From the human T2T-CHM13v2.0 reference genome, Homo sapiens, in the NCBI RefSeq assembly GCF_009914755.1, contig NC_060935.1: 64,000 nt of DNA. One strand, given 5' to 3'. Made by a program: the position numbers and the translations under genes. Each line of letters starts with the position of its first letter. Position 1 is the first letter of the stretch. Of the stretch, positions 56,608 through 64,000 are shown piece after piece. The notes below the pieces were generated by a model that was not told the origin of the DNA, ran no database searches, and saw only the letters and a program-made list of their open reading frames with translations.

Positions 56608-56790
56608 AGCATAACACAGGCTGACTAGCTCCGTAAACAACAGATAAAACTGTTTCATTATAGAACCACACCTTATATGACAGTGTTGGGCTGTAAGACA
56701 CACAAAGGAGAGTTGCCTAGGCCCATGAATGAACGGACATTTTTGGGAAGTGAGAAAATTGTTCTAACAGCTTCTCTGTATTAGCGATTT

Positions 56791-56826
56791 CACACATACA
56801 TACACATGCACACACACACAAACACA

Positions 56827-56863
<37 letters not shown>

Positions 56864-56867
56864 AGAG
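56791..56867. repeat. (CA)n compound microsatellite
   Basis: Read directly from the sequence. Confidence 0.95.
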
Positions 56868-57367
56868 AACCACAGCTTTAGACATATTCGACTTCTTGGA
56901 GTTTCCCCAAGACTGCCAAATGGCCTCTCTGTTCTATATCTTTATGCTGCTGCTCCTGTAACCTCAAGTGCCTGTTGCTCACCACTTAAAACTCCCCTAA
57001 GAGTTTTTCCCTAACTTGTAATTTTCAAAACTGCTCATAAAGTAGCCTCCACTCACCAGCCCCCAGCGAAAACTCACTTCCTCTCTCTCTCTGCTCCTTC
57101 AAATTTGTTTTTAGGGCACTAGTCACAATGTGGTAAAAATTATTTTTTGTTACTATAAACTATTTGAATTTCTTATTCAACTGGGCATTGTCATATCACA
57201 CTGTTCTAGTTTTTCAGTGGTTACCAGATGTTTTTTACTAGGCTAAAATTTAGTCAATGGCAAAGATTCTTTCTGGGCTACTTCATGCCCTCTGCACCTA
57301 TCCACAAATGGTCCCGTCTCTCACAGCTTCTCTTAGATATAACACAGGTTAAGAATACATGACAAGG

Positions 57368-57921
<554 letters not shown>

Positions 57922-58135
57922 TTACAGTAATGCTATAAAACACACAATTTGGACAAAGTCTATATAATCAAGGATCATAAAAATCTGTGCCTCATAGGTA
58001 ATTTTATATATAGGGTGAGAGAAAAAACAAAGCTTGGACATTTCTTCTAAGATGTATAAATAAAAACTAAGATGCAAACAAACCATTTCCATCTTTGAAT
58101 GGAAATAGTTTCTGTGGTTTCACATTGAGAGAGTA

Positions 58136-59060
58136 TGTTGAAGAAGAAACTCAATTTTTTTTTAATTCTCTCACTGAACACTATCAACTGTCAACACAAA
58201 AGACTTCTGTGATCAAATGCATGTGGGTTTTTCCCCACAAATCAAGCAAGCAACCAATTTCACAGTGAATACTAGCTGGGTGTCCTCCAATCCAGTTTTG
58301 ACACTGTGTACTTAGAGATGGCATCAGATCTCACAGGCTGAGGGCTCCGTCCCACAAAACTGCCCCCTACTTCTCATGCCAATTGAAAGCCCTAGGTTGT
58401 TTACCTCTGCTTCTGGCCAACCAGCTATAATGTGGGGATTCTATGACACCCTCCTTGGGTTCAATTAATTTGCTAGAGTGACTCACAGAACTCAGAGAAA
58501 TACTAACTAATGTTTAGTGGTTTATTATAAAAGATACTACAAATGAAACAGATGAAGAAATGAGTAGGGCAAGGTATGGGGGAAGGGGCACACAGCTTCC
58601 ATGCCCTCCCTGAACACGCCACCCTCCAGGAACTTCCACTTGTTCAGCTATCTGGAAGCTCTCTGCACCCTGTCCTTGTGAGCCTTATACGGGGACTTCA
58701 TCAAATAGGCACAACTGACAACCATGTAGAGATGTGACTGGACATAAAGGGAATGATGTAAACACAGCAAGGCCTGTCCAGATTCTTCTGAGCCTCTCTC
58801 TGTTCAGTGTTCCTTCCTTTAGGGTATGACACAGGACATCTTTGGAAATGAAGGTCTTATGACCCAAGATCAGAAAGGCAGGAGAAGATTAGAGTGCTGC
58901 CCTGGGCAGGTGAGAGGAGGGCGGAAGAAGATCAGAGAGAGAGAGAGAGAGAGACTCTGTTTTCTGAGGCCTACTTCTGAGGCCTAATGTGCCCCAACGT
59001 TAAAAGATAGTGACAAGGGCTATGGGAGTTATGAGCCAGGAACTGTGGACAAAATCTAGT
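58136..59060 (-). mobile_element. MER21-type LTR (sense to CTSC)
   Basis: ccttgggttcaattaatttgctagagtgactcacagaactcag...gggctatgggagttatgagccaggaactgtggac is the reverse complement of MER21. Confidence 0.85.
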
Positions 59061-59543
59061 ATGTGTTAACTAGTTGTCTTGTTTAAACCTAAGAATATAC
59101 TAATATAAAGGATAAAAAAGAAATTTAAGTTTGGCAGCATAATGTAATTTCAGGGCATATGATTTTATCACTTACTATCTGTGTAACATTTGGCAAGGAA
59201 CCTAACATTACAAAACTACAGTTCACTTCTATTAAAGTGGGTATAATCATGCTTACCTCAAAGGGTTGTTATGAAAATTCAATGTAATAATGGGTAACAA
59301 GTGCTTAGAACAGTGTTTTTCTCTGATAAGTCCTTAATAAAATGGCAGCTGTTATGAAGATAACATTCATATCATTAACAGGACTAAATAAGATGCTGAT
59401 ACAGTTTAAAGCAATTATCTGGCACAAAACAGTCATTACAATATTAAGTTCCTTTTTTCTACCATCCTATAAGGCAGAGATTTGCCCATCATTGCACACA
59501 CAAACAAAACAAAAACAGTGTGAGAACTGAGGCTTAATGATGT

Positions 59544-60408
<865 letters not shown>

Positions 60409-61305
60409 CTGTGAAAATGAAGAGAGAGCAAGAGGAGTCTGGGGGATAAAAAGGTGAGAATTACAAACATTTTGAGTACAAGATACAGGATTGGCTCTTA
60501 ATCTTTTGGCCCACATTCTTTACAAATCTAGTGAAAGCTCTAGATTCAGAAATGCTCATAAACAATAAATGCTGTCTGTAATTTCAGCAGTTTCAAAGAC
60601 TCCTTATATCTCAAGTTAAGAATCTTTGAGAGTTTCTATTACGTCATTGGATTCTTAGAACAGAACTAATTTATATACAAAAATGCTAGTGAAAAATCAG
60701 GAAGCCAGATTATAATATCTGCTTTCATATTTCCTACTTCACTCAATTCCATCTCCTTATCTTAAACCTTCTATAAAGCTTTAGTCATGAAAACAGTCCT
60801 TCATAAACCCAGCCCTTGTCTAAAACAAAAGTGGTTGGCTGGAGGGAGAAGGGAGCTTTAGCAGGAGTCCTCAGAAACATAGCATATGACACTTGGTAAA
60901 GCAGCTGTGACTGAGGCTCCCATCTTTCAGGCAGGAGCCACAGTCTCCCTAGGCTCAAGTGCTAACACTCCTCCTCTTGATGCTTGTTTGGATTTTTGTT
61001 GTTGAATAGATCTCAGCTTCCTGTCTCATGCACATACATTAAGACACATTAGGACTTCACTTTGGTGAATTTGAGAAGGGGATATGATATGCTCCGTTTT
61101 CCAATTTTGATTAACTAGAGCATTTCACAGACAAGAAATTCCCTAGAATAAACTTGGAGAAATACTGCAAAAGATTCTTTTAAGAAAGGGGTAGAATTAT
61201 GGGAGGATGCCATCAGTTGGACAGGAAAAACCTTCACATAGTCTCACAGTTGAAAAATGCCACACCTTAGCATTATTAGTCTGCAGATGAAAAAGTTAGT
61301 AATGT

Positions 61306-62095
61306 TGATATGGACAGGAGACAGGGAAATACTGGGTAGAAGAGGGTGGTCCCTCAGCAAAGGCCCCACCCTCAAGCCTGAAGACCTAAGGCCCTAAGAG
61401 AAGACAGGCATTTCTGTTTTCACACCAAAAAAGGTGCCTTTTGGCCCGCCATGCCCCCCATCCTTCCCCCATATAAACCCAAAATCTTAGCAGGCACAGA
61501 TACAAGGAGCTGAACATCCAGAGCAGCAGAGGAACAGAGCGGCACAGAGCTGTGGAGAGTGGTGGGACAGCACAGCAGAAAAGGAGGGAAGAGGTATCTG
61601 AACCCAGAGGAGAACAGGAACAAGTGGACTCCAGGGGAAGAACACCTTTCCCCTCCATCCTCCTTCTCTGGCTGAGAGTCGTCTCGCGGAGAGCCACCTC
61701 CACCACTCAATAAAACCTTGTGCTCATCCTTCCAGCCCACGTGTGATCCAATTCTTCTGGTACACTGAGCAAGAACTTAGGCTGTCACATTGGACCCCTG
61801 CCCTTGCAATAAGGCATGGGGTCTAATGACCTGATTAACACAAGCCATCTGCAGACGGCTAAGCTGAAAGAGCACACTGTAACACATGCCCACTTGGGCT
61901 TCAGGAGTCTCCAACATCCACTCCTAGACACTGCTGTGGGGCCAGAGCCCAAAAGCACCCCCCATGGCCTCTGCACCTGCCCCTCTGCATGCTCCCCCTA
62001 GGGGTTTGGGTGGTAGGGCAAGGGCAACCAAAGGTGTGAGAAGCCACACCTCTGTCATATGCCTGCGAGGGAGATAAGGGAACTCTCACATTTCA
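61306..62095 (+). mobile_element. LTR1-family ERV1 solo LTR
   Basis: tgatatggacaggagacagggaaatactgggtagaagagg...; TATA-like atataaa at 61471; AATAAA at 61709; ends tttca. Confidence 0.85.
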
Positions 62096-62856
62096 AAGTG
62101 TTTTAGTTGAGTAATTATTAATCTATTAGTAGTTTATTCAAATAATACAAATTTGAGCCATGAACTCTACAGATATTAGAGGATTAAACATTGTATTCTC
62201 TGAGAATTTGAGGCTATTTCAATGTATTAAGGAAAAATAACCTACCTATATAATTTTTCAAATTCTGCTAGCTCCCCATTGCTTTCCAATTCCTTACCCC
62301 TTAGTCACATGATCCTAAAGCAAAGTATGGCATTACAGGACTTATCCGTGGCCATTTAACAAATGTTAAGGAACTATATTAGATAGATGTAGATCCTAAG
62401 CTAGATCCAGCTATACTTTCAGAAAAATAATTTTTTTTTAAATTATCTAAATTTCTGACTAGACAGATTCAAAGTATTATGATATAATTTCCCAAACTAA
62501 GAAATATACCATGGGGCTTATGGGTAAAGATGAAAAATGCCACCTCTGGTTGAGAGTAATAGAGCTATACTGATAACTTTTTTTTTTTTTTTTTTTTTTT
62601 GCTGGACATCAAAGCATAGAGAGGATTTTGAGATTTTTTTTTAGGTGGCAAATTTTACAGTTACTGTAGGCAAGTTGAGGGCTATTTGAGGCAAAGGGAA
62701 CAGCACAAATGAAGATGAAAAATGAAAGTTTTCATTCATTGTGTGTCATATCGTTTGAAAGCAGAGCAAGGTGATAAATATAGTTATGGTCATAATTAGA
62801 TGGGTTTGGATACCAGGCTAAATGTATCCATTAGGTAGTGGGCAGTAACACAGTCT

Positions 62857-63008
62857 CGTAATCACCCAACGGGTTCTCCTTCCTCACGGCCTACACAGAA
62901 CTGATTATCAAGACAGGGAAATTGCAATAGAAAATGAGTTTAATTCACGCAGAGCCGGCTGTATGGGAAACTGGAGTTTTATTATTACTCAAATCAGTCT
63001 CCCAGAAC
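62857..63008 (-). mobile_element. LTR8-type fragment (R/U5 end only)
   Basis: ttatcaagacagggaaattgcaatag...taattcacgcagagccggctgt...ggagttttattattactcaaatcagtctccc. Confidence 0.8.
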
Positions 63009-63096
63009 TTGGTATAAGAGGATGAAACTAGAAGCATTTCATAAAACAGCTAAGAATGGGAACTGGGAGAGGTAGCGACGAAAGAGATGGCAGGCA

Positions 63097-63883
63097 TGAA
63101 ACCGCCTTTGCAAAAATTATACCAGTGAGAAAACTATGAGAGTGAAAGAGAGCTAAGCTAACCCATCCCCCATCTTGCCTTCCACTTAAATATTCCTGGG
63201 CTATTGGGCCAAGCTAACTTTGGAAGTCATTTCGGCTACAGTTTAAATGACAATGGGCCTTGCCCTGAAACCCAACCACTTTTGTGAAGCTAATGGAGGC
63301 AGTCAGGCTGTGGGGAGAAGAGGAACCTGAGTCCAGCTAAGGCGCAGACTTGAGAGATTGTCAGCCGTTATTCCAGAGGTTATAAGACATGCAACTCCAT
63401 CAATTACTCCAGCAAATAACATCATTATTGTAGAATCTAAGACTGGCTTTTTGAAATATCTTTTCAGGGAAATTTTATATTTATTTTATTTATTATTTTA
63501 TTTTATTTTATCTTACCTTATCTTATTTTATTTTATTTTATTTTTGCATGTCTGACACCCGTGGTTCTACCTGGACCCAGCAACCCCACTCCTATGGCCC
63601 CACCTAGAAGCAATTCAGCCCACAGGAGGACAGCTTCAACTCCCTGTGATTTCACCCACCCCAACCAATCAGCAGCAAGCATCTGTTACCTGGCCACCCC
63701 CACCCCTTCCCCCAAGCTGCCTTTGAAAAACCCCTACCTATGAGCTTTGGACAAGATAATTTGAATATGAACTCCATCCCCCACGTGGCATGGCCAGCCT
63801 AGTGTCTCTTAAGCTCTTTCTCTACTATATTGCCATGGTTTTTCTTTATGCAGCAGGCAGGAAGAACCCCTCAGGTGGTTACC
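63097..63883 (+). mobile_element. LTR8-related ERV1 solo LTR with an internal (TTTTA)n expansion
   Basis: Starts tgaaaccgcctttgcaaaaattata. 4-bp TSD ggca at 63093-63096 and 63884-63887. Confidence 0.8.
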
Positions 63884-64000
63884 GGCAGGAGGCTAATCCA
63901 TAGCATGGGGGAAACAGGACAAAGCTGCATGCCAGAGTGTAGAAAATGGAAAGGGGGCAATGGAAACAACAGACATGTGAAAGAAAAACTCATAAATAGG

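Overview
Human-type (primate) genomic DNA, very rich in repeats. The only host protein-coding sequence I can support is the 3' part of cathepsin C (CTSC, dipeptidyl peptidase I) on the minus strand. It comprises three GT-AG exons at 55552-55667, 51155-51286 and 49028-49530 (exons 5-7 in my recollection of the gene model), a 3' UTR and an AATAAA at 48632-48637. These exons encode the end of the propeptide, the mature heavy chain with the catalytic Cys and the light chain with the catalytic His/Asn. The window ends inside intron 4. Positions 1-48600 lie downstream of the gene. About 30 kb of that is stacked, decayed LINE-1 copies, including two near-full-length elements arranged head-to-head, each nested in an older repeat with recognisable target-site duplications (TSDs). 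The rest is Alus, MIR/L2, MaLR LTRs, DNA transposon fossils and simple repeats. Intron 4 holds a dense cluster of ERV1 LTRs. Almost all ORFs in the track are L1/Alu fragments or low-complexity artefacts. I found no convincing new gene or biological system. The findings are testable regulatory hypotheses (circRNA, intronic polyadenylation, antisense LTR promoters) and mutational signatures. Repeat subfamily names come from remembered consensus sequences and need RepeatMasker/Dfam confirmation.
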